A stretch of 64,000 bases of DNA from Octopus sinensis (GCF_006345805.1 NC_042998.1:28024001-28088000), one strand, 5' to 3'; positions 39,718-53,033 are shown, numbered from the stretch's first letter. Made by a program: numbers and translations. The notes: generated from the letters alone by a model not told the origin.

Positions 39718-42700
39718 TTTTAGCGAAGTAACATATTGAATGAAAATAATGATCCTAATATCGCTGTTAATGAGTTCTTTCATAAGCGCAAAGTCCCGAA
39801 TATAGGGAATAGAAAATAGTCGATTGGATAAACGTTCGTTAACCTCATCGATAGAACGCAAAGAAAATTGGCGTAATTTAATACTAAATCGACGTGATAC
39901 GAAATAATGAGATAAAGCATTGTAAGTTCTACTGCTGAGAAATCTCTGTTTAGAAAATACATTGTAAAAGTCTTATGTTTAATATAATGTGATAATTGGC
40001 ATCTTTTCAATATGCAAAACATTTTCTTTTTCTTTTATTTCAATTTTGTTAAATGCTTCCACAATGTATATATTTCTATCTTATTCGCTTATTAATATTT
40101 TGTCCCTTCTCTCTGGCTCTGTACATCTCTCTCTATAGCTTAATCTATTATCTTCTTTTCTCGTTTGAAAGACAAATGCTGCGCATTAGTAAATATTGAA
40201 TATTCACCCAATAAGAGCTAATGTGTAGAATAGAAATAACCGCCATGCAAATATCGCCATGAATTATTACCCAATTTATTCCACTTGCGTCGTTGATGTA
40301 TTTGGGAAAGCGAAGATGTCACACCGTAATTCCTATAAATCCGAACGTTACGCAATTGTTTTATATTATAATGAGGTCTGCTCAGTTATGGTATGTTACT
40401 AGAAGATGATAAAATACCACCGTGGAATAAATTATGCTAAGATTATATGCTGATCGTAAGGCCCCTGACTAATTAGATGCTGCATATTGGTTAACATGGC
40501 TTTAAATAAATCCTCGAAACAAAGACGATTGTCATAACTGCAACCGTTGTGTGTGCAGCGGGATAGCGGGTTCACAATATATTATGTGATTTGGGAAGAA
40601 ATCTCATTCACGTCACATACATGTCTTGTCAAATGCGTACGGTTAAATTTGCATAAACAGAAGCATACTGGTAATTCGAACCCTCTCCCCCACACACACG
40701 TACTCACATATACACTTGCACAATACACACTCTCACAAATATGCATCTATCTAATACTTCTATTGGCGAGGAAAATAATGGCTCAATACACTGTTGCGCA
40801 CGGGGTGTGTAGAATCGTATACGGGTGTTATGTTCATTTGAATTAAATGTAAAGCTATATTTATATATCAAGAAGCACTTCGAATAGTTTTGGTTAAATT
40901 TTGTACGAATTGAAGAGTGTTTCCTCGGCACCAACGTGTATGCAACCATATCTACATCGTTTTTGGTAGATTTATCAATTCATCAATTTCTGATTAATTC
41001 AGAAATGCTGGAATTAGCTTCGTGATCTCTGTATGCTTGTTGGAACAGAAAAAAAGTATTTGAATATGCTTTACTTGAAAGATTGTAGAGAATTATGCCG
41101 AAATATGAAGAACTCGAAAAGTTTATTACACTGGTACAATCATTCTATGTCACCGTATTTTCTGAGCTAATAAATTATAGATTGACAACGTCGACATTCC
41201 CAGTCAAAACCCATCATAAACAATGTTCTTTATTAACCTTACTTTCAATCGCGTGTACTGACCAATGTATTGCAAGCAGAAAGGGCTGGATTTGCTGATA
41301 GCAGTCTCCTACATTTGAGGTGGAAAGGAAACAGACTGAAAACATGGTGGAGAAAGACACTTTTCTCTGAGATTCTATTTATGGTTTACTAGGCAAGTAA
41401 ACAAGCGATATAGCAAGGTATGTAGCAACATAGGCCTCTTCACACTACCACATACAAAACAGATTTTACATACCAGAACCATGTGCCAACCAGCCCTTCA
41501 CGAACAGTGCGTGGATATTGTGAACACAACAATCAACTGGGTTCTACTGATAGCCGCCAGTTTCCCATATTTAGTACTCCCTAAAATTGTTCAGCATTTA
41601 TTTAATACAGGACTGCAAAAGCCGGCACCCTTCAAAAGAGATTCTAAGGACCGTTTGTTTAAGAAAGGGCTTCAGAATGTCTACGGAACCGTTGTTCTGC
41701 AAACATTGATGAAAACCAATAAAAACGCAGAATGGTCAGAACAACTTCATCAAAACGCATGATAGATTCCACTGGAAATTATTGAGCATAATACTGTGCA
41801 TTCGTTGATAGAACAATGTTCTTGAGATTGTGGTACTCAATACAGATGTTTGCCTAAAATTGAACTTCTTCAATGCGGAGTTTAGTTTCACTTTGATTTT
41901 CAATGCTAACTGAAACATTGGAAGTCAAAAAGGTATAGGCTGAATGTATGTTGCTCAAAGACACTCCCGTGAAGTTGTTAAGGCTAAGTATTCTACTTCC
42001 TCATTGTCCACAATTATACTGATATGCAAATCATTCTTCTAATTAGTCCTTTATTTTCCGTATCATAGCATCACGATTTTAGCAATACAGGCTGCCGCAT
42101 TCCAAATTAGAAGAGATGGATGTGATGAACGGTGTAGCAATGATAGCAATCCATTCAGTCCGAAAAAACGGGCTAAAACCAAGTTGAAGGAGGACACCAT
42201 GTAGTAATTCCTGTTTGCAGTTGACTGGGCATGCCATGAAATATTCGATCCTGACGTGCTACAGTATCAGACAGAGGACCTCTTCTGCTGACGATAAATT
42301 TGGCCTTAACAGCACCATAAATAAAACTTGAGAAAGATTTCTTACTAAAGCAGTAAAAATCTGTTGAAACAAGTGCCGTTATTCACAGTTTCGTTCCGAT
42401 GAAAAGGTCAGCAACAGTTTATGCATTTATATAGCGTGAGTGAATGATTTTCTTCATATTATTACAGTATATTGTAAGATTTCTGGTGTCCCAACGCAAT
42501 CTTCAGGCATTGCCCACATGGTATAGCACGCTAAAAATAGGACGATAGGATGAGTGAAAACGTGAGAAAAGGCGGGAATACAGTATATATAAAAGGTGGA
42601 AGGTTGAAAACCGATAAATAAAACAGAAAACTGAAAGAAACAAAAGGGGTGAGGAAATTAGAGTTATTTCTACTTTGACATTTGATCTAGGCTGAAAAGA

Positions 42701-43883
42701 TAGTGACTTAGAGTTTACGGTGTAGCTGCTCAATTCGGAGAGGGTGGTATTTTCCAATTCATCAACAGGAATTTAGCCATATGTTTATAAATGGTGAAAA
42801 TTTCGGATCTAGATTAAAATCATGTTAACGGATAAGAAAAATGTAACTATATGTAGATGAAAGGACTCAGATCTTTTTCGGACGTGTGGTGTGGGAGTGC
42901 TAGAGGACTGCGCTGAGACACCAGACGTGTTACAAAATACTGTCTCGCATAGTTTCATCGTATGAAACTTAAGAGTAGCACGTTAAACATATGTTGTGTT
43001 TATTAAATATATATATATATATGTATGTATGTATGTATGTACGTATGTATGTATGTATGTATGTATGTATGTATGTATGTATGTATGTATGTATGTATGC
43101 ATGTATGTCTGTGTATGTATATATATATATGTCTGTATATATATATATATATATAATACTCTGTGAACGAAGAGAACAACGATATGTACTATCGATTTGA
43201 AATCCCAAATTGAAAAGCTTAAAGTCTATATTTTAACCGTTTAAACTTGCATTTCTTAATACTTGCAGTGTTACGTATAAATATTTATAATTTGATCACG
43301 TCTTCCACAATCTCGCACCGTGCTAATTAGCAAAATCAATACACCTTATGTTCTAGGCTTTGTTTGATTTAAATGGCTATTGTGCACTATTTTATTCATG
43401 GAGAGAGCTAAGTGGTTGTAAGATAGTCGAGCATTAAATTGCAAAACATTTTAAGACATCCTTTAATTTTCTGTGTAGGAGGTGAAAAGTAAGATGTATT
43501 TATATATTTTCAAAGTTCCGGTGCGAACGATTGAATCTCTCCAGTTTGGCCAATTTAATGTTAGCTCAGATTTCTAATAGACACTTTATTACGCATAGAT
43601 ATTTATATCTGATGTCATTAAATTTACTTTCATATAGTCACGGTGTTGGGTTGTATTTAATATATAATATTGTAATTTGCGAATCTTTTCCATTGATTTA
43701 TTTGTTGATTACATTGTTTGGTTATATATAATTGTTTGTTTGTTGTGTTGTACTTCCCACATAATTTCCGTTGCTATTATGCTCTTGCATGCTCTCGTGG
43801 TTCGTATCTTGTTCAGTGAACCGGGAAAGTTTCTGAATTTTTATATAGAGGGATTACTCTTATTTGTGATACGGTTCATATTC

Positions 43884-44297
43884 TTTTACTCTTTTACTCA
43901 TTTATTTGTTTCAGTCATTTGACTATGGCCATGCTGGAGCACCGCCTTTAGTCGAGCAAATCGACCCCAAGACTTATTCTTTGTAAGCCTAGTACTTATT
44001 CTGTCGGTTCTTTTGCCGAACCGCTAAGTTACTGGGACGTAAACACAACAGCATCGGTTGTCAAGTGATGTTGGGTGGACAAACACAGAGAGACAAACGT
44101 ATACATACACACACATACATATATATACACATATATACGACGGGCTTCTTTCAGTTTCTTTCTACCAAATCCACACACTAGGCTTTGGTCGGCCCGTGGC
44201 TATAGTAGAAGACACTTGCCCAATGTGCCACGCTGTGGGACTGAACCCGGAACCATGTGATTCGTAAGCAAGCTACTTACCCTACAGCCACTCCTAT
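43884..44297 (-). mobile_element. SINE family B (full)
   Basis: Homologous to the other full copies. Confidence 0.9.
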
Positions 44298-44796
44298 GCA
44301 TATTATATATTATTATTGTTTATCTCTCAGATTCGCTGCCATAGATTCGTTGCCTTCATTCCATAAATATTGCATACCGTATATGAGCTGTGTCACATGA
44401 CATATATATTAAGACGATGACGGTGAAGCAAGATATTGGGGCATAATCAATATGCCGAGACGACAAAAGAAGCACTGGATCGACCACCGTTTTTCTATCG
44501 ATCAGAAAACGACAGCAGCCAAAAACCATACACCAACATAATCTGCAGGCAGTTAGATAGCAGAATCTGTGACGGTTAATAGGACTTTGTATAAACACAT
44601 GAACAAATCGCGCAACGCATAATAAGGACTTGTGGAACCGGCTGAGTTTTCATAATCAACCACTAGGCGCAAACCGACTGATCTGTTCTACAAAATGCGA
44701 TAACAGCACAATATTATAAAACAACATGCATCTAGAAAATAGATTACCAGGATTTAACAGCGAACCTCATAAATGGACACAGAGCAACCAATATAT

Positions 44797-45573
44797 TTAT
44801 TTCTTTTTTGCCCACAGGGGGAGCTAAACATAGAGGGAACAAACAGGGACAGGCAAACAGATTAAGTCGATTATATCGACCTCCAGTGCGTAACGGGTAC
44901 TTATTTAATCGACCCCGAAAGCATGAAAGGCAAAGTCGACCTCGGCGAAATTTGAACTCAGAACGTAACGGAGGACGAAATACCTATTTCTTTACTATCC
45001 ACAAGGGGCTAAACACAGAGAGGACAAACAAGGACAGACAAACGGATTCAGTCGATTATATCGACCCCAGTGCGTGACTGGTACTTATTCAATCGACCCC
45101 GAAAGGATGAAAGGCAAAGTTGACCTCGGCGGAATTTGAACTCAGAACGTAACGGAGGACGAAATACCTATTTCTTTATTATCCACAAGAGACTAAACAC
45201 AGAGAGGACAGACAAGGACAGACAAACGGTTAAGTCGATTATATAGACCCCAGTGCGTAACTGGTACTTATTTAATCGACCCCTAAAGGATGAATGGCAG
45301 AGTCGACCTCGCCGGAATGTAAACTCAGAAAGACGTAACGGCAGACGAAATACCTATTTCTCTATTACCCACAGAGGGGACAAACAAGGACAGACATAGG
45401 TATTAAGTCGATTACATCGACCCCAGTGCGTAACTGGTACTTATTTAATCGAACCCGAAAGGATGAAAGGCAAAGTCGACCTCGGCGGAATTTGAACTCA
45501 GAACGACGTAACGGCAGACGAAATACCGCTAAGCATTTCGTCCGGCGTGCTAACGTTACTGCTAGCTCGCCGC
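44797..45573 (-). mobile_element. SINE family C tandem tetramer
   Basis: One headed unit plus three ~185-bp headless units joined at GAAATA|GGTATTTCGTC. Confidence 0.9.
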
Positions 45574-46346
45574 TCTTTTATATTATCAAATAAAACAAGG
45601 GCAGGTAAAAACAACGCCTTAAAAATTAACAGTTGGAACCAAAACAAAGTAACCGATCACTACCCAAAATGCAATAATGAATCTATTACCTTGTAAATAA
45701 CAAAATTTTCCCTGAAGTGGTTATCATTGTCATATGAACATCACATACTACGAAAAAACGCAGTTTTATAAGAAATATATTATATCTTTCTGAATGTGTG
45801 TGTGTGCGTGTATACGTGTATGTACGTATATATATATGTGTGGGTGTGTGTATGTGAGTATATCTCTCTGTATATGTTTGTAACATGTACAAAATATCTT
45901 CATCTATGTAAATGGTGGGCCTTTTCGAATTGCCCGAAATTCACATAGATGTGTAAAGGGTGAACATTTCTATATGCTACGTTGGATACATTGGTTGTTT
46001 GTTTGGTATGTTGATTTTGTTCATTCGTTATAAATCTTGAATTACGCTTGCACTGAGGATTAAAAAGTGGATTACTGCACTATTTATGAAATCACGTTGA
46101 TATGCAGCTAAATTCTGTTTTTAAATGACTTGCTTCGAGAGTTGCATTCGGTACGATGTGTTTGTTTATTTTGGTATTTATGACGTTAAGAGTCCCTCCT
46201 AGCGTGTGGCATTTATGTATAGTAATGCCCTCTATATAATATAAATAAATATGTTTGAGTGAAAAAATTAGTGAATTTTTCTCTTATGAGTTTTTTCATG
46301 CTAACTACTTGATAAATTCTTATAAAGATTTTATCCTATTTTTGGC

Positions 46347-46412
<66 letters not shown>

Positions 46413-46526
46413 CATGTATGTATGTATGTATGTATGTATGTATGTATGTATGTATGTATGTATGCATGCATGCATGTATGTATGTATGTATTATGTATGT
46501 ATGTATGTATGTATGTATGTATGTAT

Positions 46527-47433
46527 GTGTATGTTGGTGCACGTATGATTGGATTCCGTTGGAACTGAATCTGACAGTTCTCGCGACTCCAGTTTCAAGA
46601 GAAGCTCTTATGTTAAAGCAAAGGCTCAGATGGAGTGGTCATCTGGTCAGAATGAAGGATTCAAGGATGCGAAAACAACTCTTTTATGGGGAATTAGCTA
46701 AAGGAGAACGGCCTCCACATAAACCAAAAAAGAGGTATAAGGACTTACTGAAGGCTTCCTTAAGAGATGCTTGCATCTCTCCTGAAACATGGGAAGGCAT
46801 AGCTATTGATCGTAGCAGGTGGAGAAGGACTGTGCGTGAGGGGACAGCCACTTTTGAGAAATCTCGCGTTGCACATGAGAAAGTAAGGAGGGATGTAAGG
46901 AAGGGCATCGCTGTTACACTTCCAGGAGGGAAGGGTCTTCCTTTGATTCTGACATGCAATGTCTGTGCAAGATCCTGCCTCAGTAAAGCTGGACTCATAA
47001 GTCATCTTCGTTGTCATAAAACGAGACAGATGAGTGACAACCTGGCCACTGGTGGTGGTGTAACACACCATACTAATCATATCTGACGGTTATGTGGAAG
47101 AGAGTGTAATTCGGCAGGAGGACTTAAACGACATGCAAAGGTACATGAAGCCCAGTTACAGCTACAGCCGGCTATTACCAGTAAAGCTTTTAGTTGCCAA
47201 TTTTGTACAAGACATTGTAGATCTTTAGCTGGGCGAAAAAGTCACATTCGATCACAGCACCAGTAACAGTTAAGCTTCGTGCAATGGCCATACTCGATAA
47301 CGAGGGGGCAGCCATAATAATAATGTATGTATGTATGTATGTGTGTATGTATGTATGTGTATGTTGGTGTACGTATGAGTGGATTCCGTTGGAACTGAAT
47401 CTGACAGTTCTCGCGACTCCAGTTTCAAGAGAA
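46527..47433. repeat. Long target-site duplication (at least 77 bp) flanking the RTE insertion
   Basis: 46527-46603 matches 47357-47433 with 2 mismatches, and extends further into (TATG)n. Confidence 0.88.
46604..47324 (+). mobile_element. 5'-truncated RTE-clade LINE: ORF C-terminus with three C2H2 zinc fingers and (TAA)n tail
   Basis: RLRWSGHLVRMKDSRM.KQLFYGEL..G.R....PKKRYKD.LK...WE.IA.DRS.WR; same frame continues through one TGA (47084-47086) to a stop at 47264-47266; 3' end CTCGATAACGAGGGGGCAGCC(ATA)n. Confidence 0.92.
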
Positions 47434-47937
47434 AAAAACCGAAATCTTCTAAAACGAACATGGAGCACTTCTTTCTCATTCATTCTGCATAAAGCAATAT
47501 ACGTGTGTGTGTGTGTGTGTGTGTATACCTTCCTTTGTATGTACGTGAGTAGAGTTGAAGAAAAATCACCAAAGACAAATGTGTATTGAAAATGGAACAA
47601 ACTAATTCTTCCACCAGAAGAGTACGCCAAGCACTCAATTAAACTACCGTCATATGTCAGCTGCATCATCAGCTCCAGAGATTGACAGGTTTAATTTGAT
47701 TTTAGATATTCAAGTCATAATTTCTTGTTTTCTTAAAGGATATTTCGTTTATGTAATTGGAATACTCTGTGTCAGTGTAAACTCCGGTAAAGTAACAGAA
47801 GACGGAATATGGAAGAACAGGTATCAAATGAACAGTCATACATTAAGAACTTGTCAAAAGAGACAAATGCATCTAATCGAAACGGAAATATATCAGATAA
47901 GAGATGCAAATACATGTATTCTCTGTTACGACGTGTA

Positions 47938-48028
<91 letters not shown>

Positions 48029-48086
48029 ATGTCTGTCTGTCTGTCTTATATTTATATTTATTTATATATATATATGTGTGTGTGTA

Positions 48087-48132
<46 letters not shown>

Positions 48133-48666
48133 CTGTATGTATGTACATGTATAGGATAGTCAACAATACACCAATATTTACTCGAAATAGCAGTCGATAA
48201 TATACGACGCTATAGTAAAGCTTCACTGTATATACATTTATATACATATATATAAATTATAGTTGCTAAGACGATCACACTGACGAGTTTGCAGATGATT
48301 ACGTAAATGATTACGTAATACATTAACAACGAAACCTGGTTTGTGATTAAGCTATATTTTGTATGTTTTCATTTGTCTTGCTCGATTACGTTCTGGCGTT
48401 TGCTAAATTTTTGTTGTGAACATTCCTTTGTTAGTGGTAAGCCCATAGCGGATCTTCTTCTAGCATAATGGATGTCCACTTACAGGTCAATCTTTTTATA
48501 TGTATGGAATATGATTTTTTCTAAATCTTCAGATTTTTAAATATGCTAGACCACTGGTTTTAAATTGATATTAATCAAATTAATATTAAAATGTTCACCC
48601 TTATTATTTTAAATTTATATATATATATGTGTGTGTGTGTGTTAGCGTGCGCGCGAGATTGTGCAT

Positions 48667-48780
48667 GTGTGGACGTGCGTAGTCTAGAGGTTAGGATGTG
48701 GTACACACGATTACTAGATCGTGGGTCTGATTCCTAGACGGGATGGGGTCTTGACCATGACACTTCATTTCTCGTTGCTC
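48667..48780 (+). mobile_element. Degenerate tRNA-derived SINE head
   Basis: GTGCGTAGTCTAGAGGTTAGG ... GGGTCTGATTCC; TCTTGACCATGACACTT CORE-like remnant. Confidence 0.45.
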
Positions 48781-48887
48781 TTGACCCCTTTACGATCAGA
48801 GCGGAATGTCCGAAGACGAAAACGATGCAAATTGCATTGTGACCAGCGATGCGTAACAACACCTGGGCGTTCATGTGATCACGTGAT

Positions 48888-48942
<55 letters not shown>

Positions 48943-48947
48943 GTCTA

Positions 48948-48980
<33 letters not shown>

Positions 48981-48985
48981 GTCTC

Positions 48986-49026
<41 letters not shown>

Positions 49027-49062
49027 ATCTCTATCTATCTATCTATATATTTGTATACGTCT

Positions 49063-49243
49063 TTTCTACTCCGCCCACAAGGCGAAATTTTTGGGGAGGG
49101 TGCCAGTCGATTCGATCGACCTCAGTACGCAACTGGTACTTAATTTATCGACCCCGAAAGGATGAAAGGCAAAGTCGACCTCGGCAGAATTTGAACTCAG
49201 AACTTAAAGACGGACTAAACACCGCTAAGCATTTCGTCCGGAG
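49063..49243 (-). mobile_element. SINE family C variant
   Basis: Nin-like domain and B box; divergent tail. Confidence 0.8.
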
Positions 49244-49362
49244 TGCATCTATTTGTATATAGGCGTACACATGTACATTGTCTGTAAACATATGTACAGA
49301 TGTAGGTATGTGTATATGCATAGCTGTCTACATAGATGTCTACACACACACGCGCACACACA

Positions 49363-49399
<37 letters not shown>

Positions 49400-49819
49400 T
49401 TATACGTAGAGGCTCACTTTCAGCTAAGTAGCAAAATCTTCCACTAAACAAGAACATAGAATCTAATCATTGATAGTGTTAACACAAAATGTAGGAGGTT
49501 GTATGATTTATCTCCATGTGAATTACACAAAGTGGAAGATTGACCCTGAAACACCTCGCAAACCATAAGAAAATAAATTGTTTGGCCACACAATATATAG
49601 CATTTCGTGACATTCGGTAGTGCATAAATCATGCTGGAATGGACAAATGAAAGAATCGATTACTTCAAAAAAACCGAAAAATAACTGTAGCAAAAAATAG
49701 TAAAGCAATCCTCGCGCCGTTCTACTGCGACGGTTAAACTCATGCTTAAGTTTCTTTAGTATGCATAAACGTGCGTGAGCGAAAGCAGTACTATCTTAAA
49801 CTTGATATTTGATACATTT

Positions 49820-50009
49820 CTATATTTAAGAGATGGGGAATTATGTACAGTATTTACATTATTTCCATTATTTACATTTCACGGATATTTGTCCTCATCT
49901 TGTTTGTTGTTAACTCAACGTTTCGCTGATATACACTCCAGTCTTCATCAGGTGTCTTTGGGAAATTTCGAACCTGGGTTCTCCTTCCTAAGGTATTTTT
50001 CGAATAATA

Positions 50010-50040
<31 letters not shown>

Positions 50041-50041
50041 C

Positions 50042-50085
<44 letters not shown>

Positions 50086-50256
50086 CACCAACAACAACAG
50101 CAGCATTCGAAGAATACCTTAGGAATGAGATCCCAGGTTCGAAATTTCCCCAAGACACCTGATGAAGGCTGGAGGTTATATCAGCCGAAACGTTGTGTTA
50201 ACGACAAACAAGATGAGAAGAAATATCCGTCAAATGTAAATAATGTAAATAATGTT
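49820..50256. mobile_element. Two headless copies of the HHR-bearing SINE body in inverted orientation around (AAT/AAC)n
   Basis: ~49852-50002 is the reverse complement of ~50105-50256; both arms are homologous to 63722-63910. Confidence 0.88.
50154..50199 (+). ncRNA. Minimal type I hammerhead ribozyme with intact core
   Basis: GACAC / CUGAUGA A / GGCUG-GAGGUUAUAU-CAGCC / GAAA C GU U / GUGUU; palindromic ACGU stem III as in Penelope-type HHRs; predicted cleavage after 50194. Confidence 0.8.
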
Positions 50257-50571
50257 GATATCTAATATCCGAACGCTATACTATGATTTAAAGGGTATTT
50301 GTTCCTATCATTTTATATCTATTTGAATTATATCACGGGGCATAATTCACAAATACCCCTACAAAAAAAAAAAAACGACCAACAGAAATAACGACGGAAT
50401 ATTTATCATATGGTACTTGGACGGTTATCTGGTTACCATGCTGTATTTGTCTGTTTCTTTTCACTCTGGGTTTGTATCTCATCGAGGTAACCTTTATCTT
50501 TAATCGTTTCCACAAATTCAGTGAAGAGGATAAGGAATATTTATCGGAAGCTACCTGATGGGTCAGAATAT

Positions 50572-50810
50572 ATTCGTTCTGGTTCTGTGCTGCCGAACTG
50601 GTAAGTTAAAAGGACGTAATCACACCAACACCGGTTTTCAAGCGGTGGTGGAGGACAAACACATATACAACTGGCTTCTCTCAGTTTCCGTCAATCAAAT
50701 CCACTCACAAGTCGTTGTCAGAACAAGGCTATAGTAGAAGACATCCGCTCAAGGTGCCATGCAGTGGGACTAAACCCAGAACGACGTGGGTGGTTAGCAA
50801 ACGTTTTACC
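50572..50810 (-). mobile_element. Degenerate SINE family B
   Basis: CAGTTTCCGTCAATCAAATCCACTCACAAG and GCAGTGGGACTAAACCC blocks. Confidence 0.75.
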
Positions 50811-51267
50811 AAACGTTTGCCACATAGTCAAAAGTCGTGGCCACATTAAACATTTAAATTTGTACATTCGTATAATCCATTATGAAATCGTGTTTATTCA
50901 CTTGAGTATAGGAAGATGAGAGAAACTGAAATGCAAAATGTCGTTGAATAAATTCAAGCATAAATTAACTTCATCATTTAAATGGAAATTTTTGTAAAAT
51001 AATTCTGCAAACTTAGGCAATCATTTATTGTTTTTCTTGTAACATGAGCAACATAAAACTAGCATATGCATTTGTAACTAGTTGTTCTTCAGCTCCGCGT
51101 AAATCATGATTGAAGAGATATGCTATTCGTAAACGTTCCTACAATTCAGGAAATGAATGTTTACGATACTAAATTCGCGCTTTCACAATAGATTTCCCTG
51201 TTAGATATAACAAGAGGAGGATCTCTCCTTTAATGTATCTTCTCGTTCAAACAAACGGCGATGATAC

Positions 51268-51500
51268 CTATTTCTTTACTACCAACAAGGGGCTAAACGC
51301 AGAGGGGACAAACAAGGACAGACAAACGGATTAAGTCGATTATATCGACCCCAGTGTGTAACGGGTACTTATATAATCGACCCCGAAAGGATGAAAGGCA
51401 AAGTCGACCTCGGCGGAATTTGAACTCAGAACGTAGCGGCAGACGAAATACCACTAAGCATTTCGCCCGCCGTGTTAACGATTCTGCCAGCTCGCCGCCT
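51268..51500 (-). mobile_element. SINE family C monomer
   Basis: Full head, domain and tail. Confidence 0.9.
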
Positions 51501-51834
51501 GAAAAACAAAAAAACAAAAAAAGAACGGGGATGATACCGTAGAACTACGGGTTATTGACTCAAAGTATGAGAAACCTGAATAGGTAAAGAAGCGTCGATG
51601 ACGGGATTGTGAGAGCAGCGGCATCTGCTGAGGTTGCAAGTGCGTTGGAAGTATTACAGACGATGTTGGCCGTTCATTTGCAGCTGGTGTGATTGCAACA
51701 GGTTTCCTAAATGACTCATAAGCATCGTCAGCGTAAGATCATTAAACGTACTCAAATTCTCATATTTTAAAGCATAGAAAAACAGGTTGCCTAATGACAT
51801 TAAGGACGAATATTATTTGCCGATATTACTATAC

Positions 51835-51864
51835 ATACATACATACATATAACCATATGTATAT

Positions 51865-51898
<34 letters not shown>

Positions 51899-52177
51899 AT
51901 ATGTATTATGTATATATCTATCTATATCTATCTATCTATCTATCTTATCATCCTATCTCTCTCATATTTATGTATGTATGTCTAATCTATGTATCTGTAT
52001 ATCTATCTATCTATCTCTCTCTCTATCTATCTATCTATCTCTCTATCTCTATCTATATCTCTCTCTCTCTCTCTATCTATCTCTCTCTCTCTCTCTCTCT
52101 CTAATCTCTCTCGCTCTCTATCTATATATATATATATCACTATATATATATAATCTCTATATATATCTATATATATA

Positions 52178-52223
<46 letters not shown>

Positions 52224-52250
52224 TATTATATTACATTATATTATATACTA
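51835..52250. repeat. Compound (ACAT)/(TA)/(TATC)/(TC) microsatellite
   Basis: Direct reading. Confidence 0.9.
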
Positions 52251-52570
52251 ATAATTAGATAACATCTTTTTGTTGTATGTTTTTACGTAATATTTTGTTG
52301 CAGAAATTCAATTCTCGTTATATTTTGATATTCAGCTAATCATTCTAAACAAAACTGAAACCTATTCAAAAATATGTGAAATATTCACCCAATTAAGGGA
52401 CACACCATGCAGTGTGTGCACGTTAATTCTAAGTTTCACTACAATGGGTTGCATGATTTTTATCGCTTGCTTCTTTATAGATCATCAGCTAGTTATCATA
52501 TCCTTAGAAAATAGCGGTTCTGAATGAGAGAATAAGACTACATCGAAGCTCTATCATAATTACTGTCACA

Positions 52571-52790
52571 AAGGCGGCGCACTGGCAAAATTGTTAGTAT
52601 ACTGGGCAAAATGCTTTGCGATATTTCATCCATCTTTACGTTGAAATTCCGCCGAAGTCGACATTGTCTTTTGTCTCTTTCGGGGGCAATAAAATAAGTG
52701 CCGTTTCTTGAGCACTGAAAGTGATGTAACTGAGTTACTCCACCCGAGGAAATTTTTAGACACTTGCCAAAATTTGAAACCAGTAATTAA
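52571..52790 (+). mobile_element. Degenerate SINE family C
   Basis: AGGCGGCGCACTGGCAAAA ... GAAATTCCGCCGAAGTCGAC. Confidence 0.7.
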
Positions 52791-53033
52791 TTGTCTCAAA
52801 ATAGCATTTGTTTATTCGATAGATCGTTGAAGTTATATTCCTTTTAAACTGACTTCCATTTTTTTGGGAAGTAAACGTAACTGAATGTGTGAAAATAGAA
52901 AGGATTGACTTCTAAGGAGAAAATAGAAGAGAAAGTATATATAAGACTTTGATCGCAGAAATGGAATAATAGCATGGAAGGAACAGTATAAATAGAAAAG
53001 AGACAGTGACAGCGGCATGTTTAAGATATACCA

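Noticed and set aside
44797-45573. CRISPR-like array (also 54110-54334 and 58472-60183)
   Set aside because: No unique spacers, no cas genes, eukaryotic context; these are SINE multimers and tandem repeats
46376-47086. 236-aa ORF as a host zinc-finger gene
   Set aside because: The N-terminus is microsatellite and TSD sequence; the rest is the RTE LINE C-terminus
47739-47786. 48-nt phase-1 candidate exon (GYFVYVIGILCVSVNSG) with AG/GT boundaries
   Set aside because: No linked exons or recognisable protein; such signals arise by chance in AT-rich DNA
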